Both the position numbers and the translations under genes were made by a program. A DNA stretch of 64,000 bases. It comes from Rhodosorus marinus CCMP1338. Its lineage: Eukaryota > Plantae > Rhodophyta. Location of the stretch: assembly GCA_029953675.1 (NCBI GenBank), contig JAMWBK010000011.1:806001-870000 (forward strand), read 5' to 3'. Positions 34,234 to 45,973 of this stretch are shown piece after piece. Below the pieces are notes generated by a model. That model was given only the letters and a program-made list of their open reading frames with translations, was not told the DNA's origin and ran no database searches. The first letter of the stretch is position 1. Each line of letters starts with the position of its first letter.

Positions 34234-35613
34234 ATGGACGCAGTTGCGCGGAGAATGGGTTCGCTGGCTGGCGAGCACGTTGCTGGGCTCTGTAGACGCT
34301 TGGAATGGGACTCGATTCCTCTCAACTGGATGCTCTTCCGACTGCAAAGAGGGACTATACCCTATCCGATGGAATTGAATGTTCTACTGGTAGATTCGAG
34401 GATTACGGTCCCAGAGCTCACGGGTAAGGCGATGGCTCGCTCGGAGATCGCTGGTATGGTCTCCTGGATAACCCAGCCGTCGCTGCTGATGATTGAGGCT
34501 GAAGAAGATGGATATACCCTGGGCTCTGGTTGGGCTTTTGTAGGTGGCCTTCCAGAACTGGAGGGGCGGGTGAACACCATGTATTCCGGGGTGAGAAGGA
34601 TTCGAATGATGACGATGATTGAGAACGATAAGGGAGTTGTGCTTCTTTCCGGTGAAGTACGACCCGGGCTCGTCGCGGTGTTGAGGATGATGGAAGTTGA
34701 CGGGAGGCACAACGTGAGCACGTGGACAGTTGTTGACAAGGAGACCCAGAGGGTCCTCGCCACGCAAACCTTTTTCGACAGACGATGGTGCGACATGTGC
34801 CTGCTTACTGGCGCTGTCTGTGATCCCAATGTATGCTCCAATGAAGTATCGTTGGCCAAATTACGAGCGCCCAGAAGCTCTGTTCTCGATCAGATGGAAA
34901 AGCAAGTGTGCAACATGGACTATTTGGTCGCGTGGCTTTCTGGGAAGTGGACGATGCCGTTGGGACTGCTGGAGCCGCTCACCGCAGACTGGCGTGGCAT
35001 TATGTCGGGAGTACCGTTGCAACACGCGCTTGTTTCTGTGCTGCAGATTGAAACTGAGATCGTGAGTCCCCCCCGCTCGTGCTTCCGGCTGGTTAAGCAC
35101 GCACAAGACGAAATGGATTACTTTCTTAAGCTCGAAGAGCCAAGCAGCGGAGAGCTAGACACCAACGAACGAGCAACAGTCTACAACTCTGCAGGTTTGA
35201 AGACAAAATCTGAAGCGAGACGGCACCGTTGTGAAATTTGTGGGACGATGTTCAAACGGAGTTACGACATGAAGCGTCACAGGATTGCAGTTCATGAGAA
35301 GAGAAGGGAGTTCGTGTGCTCATACTGCGCTCGTACATTCACTCAGAGCGGGCACCTTCACGAGCACGTTCGGGTTAGGCACACTGGAGCGAACTTGTTC
35401 GCATGTCCAGTCTGTAAGAAAACCTTTGGAGCGAAGTCAAAGATGGAGCGACATGCTAGAACGGTCCACAGTGAGACGCGTGACCACACATGCGGTCTGT
35501 GTAACATCAAGCTCAAGGCGAAGCCATATCTGGCGAAGCACCTTCTCTCGGTGCACAAATTGAAAATAGATGACGTGGAAGCCTTGTCGCGACTTTCCTT
35601 AACAAAGAACTAG
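34234..35613 (+). CDS. Z10: N-domain + 4x C2H2 zinc finger protein, 459 aa
   Basis: ATG ORF, full motif set, four fingers. Confidence 0.95.
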   Translation: MDAVARRMGSLAGEHVAGLCRRLEWDSIPLNWMLFRLQRGTIPYPMELNVLLVDSRITVPELTGKAMARSEIAGMVSWITQPSLLMIEAEEDGYTLGSGWAFVGGLPELEGRVNTMYSGVRRIRMMTMIENDKGVVLLSGEVRPGLVAVLRMMEVDGRHNVSTWTVVDKETQRVLATQTFFDRRWCDMCLLTGAVCDPNVCSNEVSLAKLRAPRSSVLDQMEKQVCNMDYLVAWLSGKWTMPLGLLEPLTADWRGIMSGVPLQHALVSVLQIETEIVSPPRSCFRLVKHAQDEMDYFLKLEEPSSGELDTNERATVYNSAGLKTKSEARRHRCEICGTMFKRSYDMKRHRIAVHEKRREFVCSYCARTFTQSGHLHEHVRVRHTGANLFACPVCKKTFGAKSKMERHARTVHSETRDHTCGLCNIKLKAKPYLAKHLLSVHKLKIDDVEALSRLSLTKN

Positions 35614-37270
35614 ATGGAATTTTTTTTCGGTGGTGGACTAGACTGTACAGAAGCGCGTAACGGAACGTGCCGTCTTCTCTGCCCTTTGAGCACAATAACT
35701 GACAGAATCTTCCTGAATCCTCGAGAAAGCAATATTGACGATGATCGACAAACGAAGCAGTGACAGGAATGGCAAGTCTCTGTACATGCTGTGAAGCGCC
35801 AGCGACAACTCCGCGAGCAGTATCTATTTCGCAGTATTTGTGGTGGTGGTGGTTTTTACTAACGTTGCCTTGAGCGGGATTTGTAAAATGAACGTCCTCG
35901 TGAACTACTTCACGAAATTAACTACACATCTGTGCGGAAGAAGGTAAGACGTCTCAGCTGATGGCGCACGATCTTGGTTTCATACGGCGACGAGGTCATA
36001 AACATCGCTCGAACCAAGCCAGCACAATTGAATCATTGGAACAGAATGAGTTGGATGTTGATCGAATTTCTCCTGGAGATACACTATGAACGCACCCCAT
36101 TCCGTTGCTTCGTTCTGTAACTGCGATTGACAAGCCAGCAATGCGATCCAAAGCCCAAGCGGATCGTCTGCCAGGATTACGAGCTAGTTGCAGAATCTGA
36201 ATGAACAGCCCTAGGGTAGACTAAGCTAGACCATCCACGGGAGGCAGAGGAGAAAGTTAAACCGGTCTAAGGCAATTTACAAGTGCAACTGCATAGCGTC
36301 CGGCTAACGCGACCGTGCAGACAATGTATTGTCCAGCTGTTTGGCGGAGGCTTGAGGACCAACTCTTTGCTCCGTCTACGCAGAAACTTTCGTGACTTTC
36401 CAAGTGTTGTCATGATATCCTAGACTGGAGTTGACGTTAATCGTCCGCAGCTTTTCACGTAGAAACATTCAAAAACAGCGGGTTTGTAAATATTCTCTGC
36501 TGTTTTCACCGTCCCTGAACCATGACCGTGACCACCGAAAAAGCTGACCACAATGTTAAGAAAGGCGCCAGGACCAGAAGACCTGACGAACAACTTTCTG
36601 CTCTGGTTCTCAAAGCCGAGATGTGCGTGACTCGTTCAATCACGGAGTTGAGAACTGTGAAACTATTCAGCTTCTACGAGGATGGTGAAACGTAAAGGCC
36701 TTGTCTCGACCACGGAGAAAACACAGAGAAAAGAAGGCAAACTCCATTAGCCGAGCTTGGAGCGAGACAAAACCAGTCTGGCCCCTCGAAGTTTGTAGCC
36801 GTAATGAGCTTTGGCAATGACTGCGATAAGGACAGAAGGATTAGGATATCTAATAGAGACAGAGGTGACAACCCGGCTGAGGAGTAGGTAACCTGGCGTT
36901 GACAGAGACAATACTAAGGCTGCTGAGGAACTGACCGAGTGGGCCTAGTATAAACCATACTCCGCACCCGAGCACCTGGAACGAGGATTGTAAAAGTTCT
37001 TGACTGAGGGTTGCTGGTTGAGTTTGCCACGCTGTAGGAGATTTTGGAGATTGGTTTGGTGCTGACTACCTCCTCGTGATGGAACGTGATTGTCAGCTAT
37101 GGACGTTGGGAGCGCTGTGGGGAAAGCTTTTGGGGTGTCGCAGGCGGAGGGATTTTGTGGAGGTGGTAGAGAGGAGGCGCAGGATGGCTGGTCCGTTTTT
37201 GCATGTATGATGCCGGTAGTCGGCAGACCATTGGTTGGGTGCTGGTGGGATTGCCTCGCTAGTTTTCAGA

Positions 37271-38647
37271 ATGGAGGAAATTGTGCGGAGCATGGATGCC
37301 CTGGTGGGTCAGCACGTTTCCGGGCTCTGCAGTCAGTTGGCATGGGATTCGATCCAGTTAAACTGGCTCCTGTTTCGAATGCATCGGCGAGCTGTGCCGT
37401 ATCCTGGCGATTGGTCTGTTCTGCTGGTGGATTCAAGAATTACTGTTCCTCCTGCGACGGCAGAAATTCTCGCTGCTTCAGAGATCATTAGAATGGTCTC
37501 CTGGATTACAATGCCGTCGCTGCTGATGACTGAGGTTCAGGGCGAAAACTATTCACTAGCTTCTGGGTGGGCGTTTCAAGGCGGGCTTCCAGAAATCGAT
37601 GGGCGGGGAAACGGGATGTTTTCCGGCGTGAAGAGAATACGACTGATGACGACGATTGAGAATTACAGAGGCGTCGCTCTTCTTTCAGGCGAAGTACGAC
37701 CGGGGCTTGTGGCGATCTTGAGGATGGCCGAACGTGACGGGAGGCACACGATCAGCACGTGGGCTATCGTGGATAAGAACACGCAAGCGGTTATTGCCAC
37801 GCAAACCTCTTTCGACAGGCGTTGGTGCGACATCTGCTTGCTTACAAATACTGTCTGCGACCCCAGAATGTGTAGAGTCGAATCGTCAGTCGATAGCCTG
37901 AGGGAGGCTAGAGTGGCGCTTCTCGATAAGACGGAAAAGCCAGCGTGCAACATGCAGTACTTGCAGATGTGGATGTCTGGGAAGTGGACATCATATCTAG
38001 GTCCTCTGGATCCAGTAACAATTGACTGGAGGTCTTACGTATCTGGCTATTCCTTTAAGTACGCCCTATTTTCCGTGGTGCAGATTGAAGTCGAGGGTGT
38101 GCACCCCCCCCGTTCATCATTCAGGCTGGTACAGCAAGCCAGGGAGGAAGTGGATTATTTCCTGACCCTGGAAGAACAAGGCTCAAGGTCCTTGGGCGAA
38201 GAGGAGCAGAGGACCAGAGATTTCTTTGAAAAGCTGAAAGCACACGAAGAATTAGTGTCAGCAAAAAGGAATTCTGAACGTCGTAAAAAGCCACACCAAT
38301 GCGAAACGTGCGGAATGGCCTTTAAGCGGGCATATGATATGAAGCGCCATAGAATCGCGGTTCATCACAAAGTTAGGGACTTCAAGTGCTCGCACTGTGG
38401 GAGAATGTTTACACAGAATGGGCATATGCATGAACATGTTCGAGTGGCGCATACGGGACTGAACCTACACGGCTGTTCGGAGTGCGGAAAGGAGTTTGGA
38501 ACAAACTCCAAGCTGGAGCGACACACGAGAACGGTACACAAAATGGAGCGAAACTTTTTATGCGCTGTGTGCAAAAATTCATACAGCGACAAGGGTTACC
38601 TCAAGCAGCACATGGTTATGCAGCACGGCCACAACATGGACAAATAG
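37271..38647 (+). CDS. Z11: N-domain + 4x C2H2 zinc finger protein, 458 aa
   Basis: First ATG is at 37271 (MEEIVRSMDAL). Full motif set and four fingers. Confidence 0.95.
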   Translation: MEEIVRSMDALVGQHVSGLCSQLAWDSIQLNWLLFRMHRRAVPYPGDWSVLLVDSRITVPPATAEILAASEIIRMVSWITMPSLLMTEVQGENYSLASGWAFQGGLPEIDGRGNGMFSGVKRIRLMTTIENYRGVALLSGEVRPGLVAILRMAERDGRHTISTWAIVDKNTQAVIATQTSFDRRWCDICLLTNTVCDPRMCRVESSVDSLREARVALLDKTEKPACNMQYLQMWMSGKWTSYLGPLDPVTIDWRSYVSGYSFKYALFSVVQIEVEGVHPPRSSFRLVQQAREEVDYFLTLEEQGSRSLGEEEQRTRDFFEKLKAHEELVSAKRNSERRKKPHQCETCGMAFKRAYDMKRHRIAVHHKVRDFKCSHCGRMFTQNGHMHEHVRVAHTGLNLHGCSECGKEFGTNSKLERHTRTVHKMERNFLCAVCKNSYSDKGYLKQHMVMQHGHNMDK

Positions 38648-40044
38648 GACACCTCTCGCTAGCTGGCATATAATTTTCTCAGTTCGCCCCAGAACTCGTT
38701 GCAGAGCAATGCTCCCGATTTTACTTATTATCCGTTTAGTACGCTAATATTATTGTTTAGGTTCGGACAAACGTGTTGTTTCACCCGCTTTGCAAATAAG
38801 TTACCATTTCCCCTCGACATCCGCTGAGTCTAGGATGTTGGACGGAATTAGAACTGTGCGAGTTTACGGCACAGAGCTATCCGTAAGCGCTGTTCCTCGG
38901 GTCGACCGGATCACCAGCAACAGTCGTATCGCGAGACGAAGATGTTCAAATCGTAAGCGAGTAAAACAAAGGAGCAAAACAAAGGAATTCCGGGCCAGGA
39001 CAAAAGGCACTGTCTGGAATGGGCTTCCATTCCAGACTAAACCTTGACCACCTAAAAGGCAACGTTACCAGAACGCGTGACGAGCACAGATTTATACGCA
39101 TACATTGCTCTTAGGCGAACTTTGCAGCAGCGTTGTCGTGTACTCTGGTAAAGCTCCGCTCCAACCGATCTTTAAGTGCACAAGACTTCAGATAAATGGT
39201 TTTCGAAACTTATTGCCACATATCCAAAGAATTGGTTCGCGTACACTAAAGCAGTATCTCCGTACACCAAGAATCTAGAATTGCGCTACTTTTTAAGGAA
39301 TACTGGTCGAGCTCTGAAAAAAATAAAAATATCGACGAAAGTGAAAGTGCTCCGAACTTTTTTTTTAAAAACTTTTGGGGATCAGTGCGTCGACAGCTGT
39401 CCATTAGTTGTGGGCCTGCCTTTGTCAACTGGAGCTGGGCCTGTGCTATGGAGATCGCTGAGCGTGAGCAGAATAGAAGCTAGCAGCATGCCAAGGTTGC
39501 CTCTTAGATGCTTTGAATAGGAAACGTCAAATTTTGGATACGCTCAATATGGCGAAGCTGTGTAGTCTAGCCTGACAGGTGCCCGGTATTGAGAATCAAA
39601 CCGGAGGTAGTAAGACCGTGCGGAGACCTTTCTGACTCGACTCTCAAAATGGCTCTGGTGTTTTGAACACCATACCCCTCTGCTAAAGTCTGGCTCGTTT
39701 AGGATGGAGAATGAATGATTTGCAACCCCCCCATGGTCCCTGGGTGAGGGTGTCCCATATATGTCCCGATATTTATGGGGCGATGTCGGAGTCGACAGCA
39801 ACGGGTTTGTTTTGCGCGCGAGACGTTTGGGGAAGGGTTGGAGCTTTTGCGTGAAGGAACTGATGGAGAAGTTGGCGTAAGCTAAAACAGTACGCTTAAA
39901 TATCATAAGGTGACTGGAAGAGTGGTCTCAGTATTTGGTATCTACTCACTTACCATGGAGTATTGAGCGCGACGTTTTCGAGGTAGTCTCGTCGTGATTG
40001 ATGGTGGTGAGGTTCACTCGACGAGGCGGCAGGCTTCGGTCCGG

Positions 40045-41418
40045 ATGGATACTCTCGTGCAGAGGATAAATGCGCGTGGTGGAGGGCATTTCACCGGTCT
40101 TTCTCGGAGGTTTGGAGAAGACTCAATTCCATTGAACTGGGTCCTGTTCGGGCTTCACAAACAGCCGGTGCCTTATCCCGGTGATGGGTCCATGATGCTC
40201 GTTGACGCGAGGCTCAATGTACCGGAGCTCACGGCGAAGTTCTTAGAAGCTTCTGACATCGAGAAGATGTTCTCCGTGATTACGATGCCGTGTATGGTGA
40301 TGATGGAGGCTCGGGAGGACCAACACATGTTGGGTTCCGGCTGGGCGTTTCTTGGAGGTCTGCCGGAATTGGATGGCCGTACGAACACCAAGTATTCTGG
40401 GCTGCAAAGGATAAGGGTCATGACGGTAGTTGATGACAACAAAGCTTTCCTGATTGTCTCAAGCGAAGTACGGCCAGGGATAGTGGCAATCATGAGCCTT
40501 GCGGAGATTGACGATAGGCACAACCTGCAAACTTTGAGCGTGGTTGACACGCAGAATCACGCTCTCCTCGTTGCAGAGACCAGTGTTTGTCGACGTATGT
40601 GCGACATGTGCGTGTTAACGGGGGATGTATGCGATCCTCGGGAATGCAACAATGAACAATCATTTAAGACTTTACGCGTTTCAAGAGAATCATATCTACA
40701 AGAGATGGACAAGCCAGTAGCTACCATGAACTACATCGGAAAACTGTTATCTGGTAAATGGACAATGCCCGTTGGTCCGCTAGAACCTGTAACGTACGAT
40801 TGGGAGTGCTACGAATCCGGCCCATCATTTCGGTACGCGCTGATGTCAGTTGTACAGGATGAAATGCAGGGAGTGCATCCTCCGCGGTCGTCCTTTCGAC
40901 TTGTGAAGCAAGGCTGGGAGGAAATGGAATATTTCCTGGACCTGGAAGACTTGGAAGTGGAAACTTCTTCTAAAAGAGGAACGCGGAGAGAAGGGCTTGC
41001 CCCGGTTGTACAGCAGTCCAAAACTTTGGATAAGCACGTTCATGGGTTGAAATTACACCATTGTGCGACATGTGGGATAACCTTCCGGCATAGCTCGGAT
41101 ATGAAACGACACCTTGTTTCAGCTCATCGGACTACAAAGGAACTGAAGTGCCCGTATTGTGGGAGACGTTTCACTCAAACTGGACACCTCAACGAACATA
41201 TAAGGGTGAAGCACACCGGATTGGATGTCCATGAATGTATTGTCTGCAGAAAAAAGTTTGGAACAAATTCTAAGCTACAGCGACACGTGGGAACGGTGCA
41301 CATGAAAGAGCGCAACTTCAGATGCAACGTTTGCGGAAAGTCATATAGCGACAAGGGGTATCTGAAGCAACACCTGCTGAAACAACACGATGTAAATACG
41401 GATTCTCGGCGATCCTGA
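40045..41418 (+). CDS. Z12: N-domain + 4x C2H2 zinc finger protein, 457 aa
   Basis: First ATG is at 40045 (MDTLVQR). Full motif set; finger 1 helix is atypical (HSSDMKR). Confidence 0.95.
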   Translation: MDTLVQRINARGGGHFTGLSRRFGEDSIPLNWVLFGLHKQPVPYPGDGSMMLVDARLNVPELTAKFLEASDIEKMFSVITMPCMVMMEAREDQHMLGSGWAFLGGLPELDGRTNTKYSGLQRIRVMTVVDDNKAFLIVSSEVRPGIVAIMSLAEIDDRHNLQTLSVVDTQNHALLVAETSVCRRMCDMCVLTGDVCDPRECNNEQSFKTLRVSRESYLQEMDKPVATMNYIGKLLSGKWTMPVGPLEPVTYDWECYESGPSFRYALMSVVQDEMQGVHPPRSSFRLVKQGWEEMEYFLDLEDLEVETSSKRGTRREGLAPVVQQSKTLDKHVHGLKLHHCATCGITFRHSSDMKRHLVSAHRTTKELKCPYCGRRFTQTGHLNEHIRVKHTGLDVHECIVCRKKFGTNSKLQRHVGTVHMKERNFRCNVCGKSYSDKGYLKQHLLKQHDVNTDSRRS

Positions 41419-42627
41419 CACGGAAAGATTGCTTCGTAACAAGTTCACGTGAGGACAGGGCTACAAAGATTTCCTCTCTTGGAACGCTTACTAAGTATTT
41501 GACGAACCATGTTTGGCACTGACTCGACCTTGTCCTTTCCTGGTCAATCGCAATCAGAAATATTCCTACAACCCGAAAACCCTTCTCTTTTGTTTCAGAA
41601 CTGTACATAAATAGTTCCTTGTTTTATGATTACAAATTACCAGCTTGGATATCCTTCTTAATTATTTGCACAAATCATCTTGCGAAAAGGGTCAGTCCGA
41701 AGATATTGTATTCGTTTAAAACTAGATTGAGAAATGAAGCTTGAGAGCAAAAGTGAGTGGACTCGAGGTTCAGAGCTCAATAGCAAGTTCCTCTTTGGCC
41801 CGAGGCATCCAGATTGCTCGCCACCGACGTTGTCTTCGTATGATCTTTCCATTTTCGGGGCATCATCCGAGTTCCTGTCCGTTGAAAGTGCAGATACTCA
41901 GCAGCCAGTCCGCTCCGGTGGATGGGCATCGACATCTGCGAGACACCTTCACAACGACCAGAATCCCGTTCGTGCAGTGCCACAACTATGGGCATCGTCA
42001 AGCACACCCCCATGGTGTTCCTCGCCTTTTGCAGCGCAGTGTAGACTTTGCAGATTCACAAAGAGAGCGGCACGGATACTGACAGTATCTTTCAAAACAT
42101 CCTGATTCGCGCTTTCCCTTTTGGGACAGAATTGTGTCAGTCGGGCTGTCCTCGTACAAAGCTCAGGAGCATCTCACGAGCATCTCACGAGCATCTCACG
42201 AGCACTGTGCTTGCTTTAGTTGGCTGTTACATCACGCGAGTGTAGCATTTCGGAGAGCAACAATGCTATCATGCGTGCTTTCCTTATAGCAGGATAGTCA
42301 TCCAGATTACAAACACACAGAGCATTATCAGTCTAGTTGGCTCTCGTGGTGAGATCGGAAGCCTACTGGGCGGCAACTAGTGAAACTTGGAGCGGCCGGT
42401 GCACGGACTCAAGGACAGAGATGGTGTCAAGGTGGTTAAAGGACGATGGAATTGAAGAGCCTTCGCTAAGGAACGGAACGTTTCAGTGCTTTGTCTTGGG
42501 AGTGTTCCCCAGACTCTGGGGAAGGACTTTGGCGTGTTGTTAGAGGATGGTAGGGTTCTGCGGTTTTTGTTGATGGATTCGTTTGGAATGCTTAGTAACG
42601 GTGGATGATATCAACTTGGAGGCAGTG

Positions 42628-43998
42628 ATGCGGCATGTGGATTCGCTCCTCGGAGAGCATGTTTCTGGGCTTATGCCTCTCCTTCAATGGGACTCGCTTC
42701 CGTTAAGCTGGACTCTGTTCTTAAATCACAGTGAAACTGTGCGGCCTCCCCAAGATGGGTCGGTAATCCTCATGGACTCACGGTTCACGGTTCCGGAAGT
42801 CACGAGAAAGGCAATGGAAGCGTCCGAGATTGTGAGAATGGTCTCTGTCCTCACTCAACCTTTGCTTGTAATGATGGAGGTCCGCGAGAAAGACTATTTT
42901 CTCTTTTCTGGCTGGGCGTTTCTTGGAGGTCTTCCTGAATTCGAGGGGCGTAACAACGATGAGTATTCAGGAGTGAAAAGGATCAGACTGGTCACCACGC
43001 TCGAGAATGGCAAGGCTGTGGTGACTACGTCAGCCGAAGTACAACCCGGAATCGTTGCTCTATTGACCGTCTTGGAAATAGACGAGAGGCACAACTTGAG
43101 CGTTTGGAGTGTCGTTGATCAGGAAACACAAACTATCATCAAAATACAGGCGCAGGTCGATAGGCGTTCCTGTGATATGTGTTTGCTAACGGGCGACATC
43201 TGTGATCCCAGAATATGCAAAAACCATCAGTCGTTCGAACAGGTACGGGCTACTAGAGAATCCCACCTCGACAGTTTTGGAAACCTAGCTTGTACAGTCC
43301 ATTTCCTCGGGGATTGGCTGTCTGGAAAGTGGACAATGCCGGCGGGTCCGTTGATACCAATAACTATCGACGCGACAGCTAGATCATCTGGACCAGTACT
43401 CCAGTACGCGCTTGCTTCCGCCCTCCAAATCGAGATCGCCATCGTCCAACCCCCTCGTTCGTCGTACAGGCTCGTAAAGCATGAGAGGGATGCGGTGGAT
43501 TCGTTGCTTAACGTGGAAGACCTGAATAACGCTTCCGGGAGCAAAGCTGGTCCGGAAATTGAAGAATTATTTACCTTCCTGAGTCCATCAGATAGTATGA
43601 AGTCGGCCAAGAAGCGCTGCCAGATCTGTGGGACTACATTCAAGCGCGACTATGATATGAAACGGCATGTCGTCGCGGCTCATCAAAAGAGTCAAGACCT
43701 TCAGTGCACATATTGTGACCGAACGTTTAGGCACCGAGGACATCTGAACGAGCACATTCGGGTAGCGCATACTCGGGAAAATTTGTTCGTTTGTCAGATC
43801 TGCGGCAAGATGTTTGGAGCAGACTCAAAGCTGATGCGTCATGTCACGACCGTTCACGAGAATAGGCGCAATTTCACATGCGAAGTGTGCGGAAACTCGT
43901 ACAAGGAGAAAGCGTACCTGAAGAAGCACTTGCTGAAACAGCACAACGTGACTCTGGACGAGATAAGAGATAGGACGGCGAGCGATATATCAGGGTAG
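42628..43998 (+). CDS. Z13: N-domain + 4x C2H2 zinc finger protein, 456 aa from the first ATG
   Basis: The position homologous to the paralogue ATG is TTG (42616); the first ATG is at 42628. Full motif set and four fingers. Confidence 0.92.
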   Translation: MRHVDSLLGEHVSGLMPLLQWDSLPLSWTLFLNHSETVRPPQDGSVILMDSRFTVPEVTRKAMEASEIVRMVSVLTQPLLVMMEVREKDYFLFSGWAFLGGLPEFEGRNNDEYSGVKRIRLVTTLENGKAVVTTSAEVQPGIVALLTVLEIDERHNLSVWSVVDQETQTIIKIQAQVDRRSCDMCLLTGDICDPRICKNHQSFEQVRATRESHLDSFGNLACTVHFLGDWLSGKWTMPAGPLIPITIDATARSSGPVLQYALASALQIEIAIVQPPRSSYRLVKHERDAVDSLLNVEDLNNASGSKAGPEIEELFTFLSPSDSMKSAKKRCQICGTTFKRDYDMKRHVVAAHQKSQDLQCTYCDRTFRHRGHLNEHIRVAHTRENLFVCQICGKMFGADSKLMRHVTTVHENRRNFTCEVCGNSYKEKAYLKKHLLKQHNVTLDEIRDRTASDISG

Positions 43999-45973
43999 TA
44001 CAAATGCTTCCCTATGCTACCACCGTGGGCCGCACAACGGAGACCAGGACGGCGTTTTCAGGTGCGACATACAATGCAAGCCGTGTCGAGGCGAGCGCAA
44101 TGCTTCCCGAAGAAGAACTAGGAACCTATGTCGTTAAACGAGTAGGGTGTGTATATAGACTATATTTATTATTACAACTCAGTCAAGAAAGAACGCAGAT
44201 GATTTTAAACAATGGTTTGCACAGAGCAGAGCCGAAAACGGATTTGTTGATAACCGCGCTCCTATGATTTTTGATACATACGCTGGAGGTCGGGCGGCGT
44301 AAATGAAACGTTCAAATGTGCGAGCTCCCCCCGGCAGGGTGTTCCCTCGGGGTCAAGATCATCCGAACACGAGCTGAATGGTTCCGACGACATTGCCGCA
44401 ATTAGCTATTCGCGCGAGCCCACTGATTTCTACATATTGGAAATAAGCACATGCCGGAGATCGAGGATGATATTTGAGAACAACTCTCGTCGCCCTTTCC
44501 ACAAGGCCCTCGCTCCGATCGTTGCATGGTCCTCAACTAAGCTCACCAATCCGCACTCTTTCCCACGGCAATTCAGACTATCGACGTCGAAACTTTCTTG
44601 TTCGAAATTGTGAGGTGTTCATTTGCAATAGCTGAGTTCGAATGCGAAGAGATGTTCCCAGTCCTACTCCTATCGACCTCTTCAGCAAATGCTGGAAGGC
44701 GAACGATAAGCCAATCTAGCTGTGGTTAGTACAAGATTTATTATGAATAGATAAATAATGTACCCTTTTTGGGTTAGTACGTGTACAACTGAACGGTAGA
44801 AGTGGGCTAACAGATGGGTTCCAACATGGTGGCTGACATGTGGAGCATTTGAGCTGTGAGGTAGAGTCCACGAGCGAGCGACCGGCAATACAGCCCAGAA
44901 TTCTGAACCTCCAGGACAGACCTTTCGGTCATGGAGGCGAGGACCAGTGCACAGTGCGCATCTCGTCAGGCGACTTGTTGATGTTGGGCGTGACATGCCG
45001 TTTGATTCTCGCTGCGGGCAGGTAACCACAGAGTAAGCCCCGGCAGCGCCAAAGTCACAGAGGCCAGCGTAGAAAATAAAGTCCACCTTCGTGAAACCAG
45101 GTTCAATGTACGCCGCTGCAGACCAGAACTGGTTCAGTTGCTCTATCCCGGACTGAGCTGTGGTCAGCCCGTTCACACAGGATGTCGCTAAAGTGTCGTT
45201 GAAGAATCCAGTAGTCTCTCCACGGAAACGAGTTTGATAAGCATCAAATTCACCCGCTTGGTTTGACAGAATTTGCTGAGAACTCTGTCAACGGCAGTCT
45301 GTCTCAAGCGCACACGCGTGGAAAGCGATGCCTTCAGATATTGTTGCTAAGCAGCTTGGCGGCCTGAGTATCTCTCGCTCAATCCAGTTGTCAAGCTCTG
45401 GCTGGGTAGTGGGCAGACCAAAGAGGTCAGATAGCAACAAAGCTGCGGGAAGAGGAAGGTTCTATTTTGTCAATTTGTAAAGACTGTCAGTGCGAAAAAT
45501 ATCCACTGTCAATAGCGATGCATTCAGGGGTGCGCCTTCTTTACAGATTTGGATGATAGGCGGATTCTGTCTAGGGCGTTGTATACATTGCTCGTATCTT
45601 GTGCTTCGCGCTAGGGTAAGCTTCTTCGTCCAATCTTGAAGTTGTTGACTAGACGGGCGGTAGCCGAAGGAAAAAACACCGGAGAAACGACCGCCGCGCG
45701 GCTGGTCTAGTAGTGGTTTGTTGGAGTTCGATGGCTTGGACTTGTTGGATAGTTGCGTATTGATAAGGAGCTTGTCTATTTGGTAAACCTGCGCGAGCCG
45801 CAGATTTCGGTTTGGTGTTAAGTGTTCGGGGGTATGTGAAGGAGACAGGAGCAGGGAATGGATGGGTTTAGCACATTTGGGGTAGGATGGCCTCCGAGGA
45901 GCGGCCGTGAGGGCTTTCGTTGAGCGTGGGTTGTGCAAGCTACGAACCCTTCTGCTTTCTGTATCCCAGGATC

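Noticed and set aside
36520-36890. Coding-looking + strand frame with one internal stop upstream of Z11; similar fragments at 19150-19520 (-) and 56715-56930 (+)
   Set aside because: There is no recognisable motif and no homology to anything else in the window, so I cannot distinguish them from chance without a database search.
42167-42205. gagcatctcac x3
   Set aside because: Simple 11-bp micro-repeat with no associated feature.
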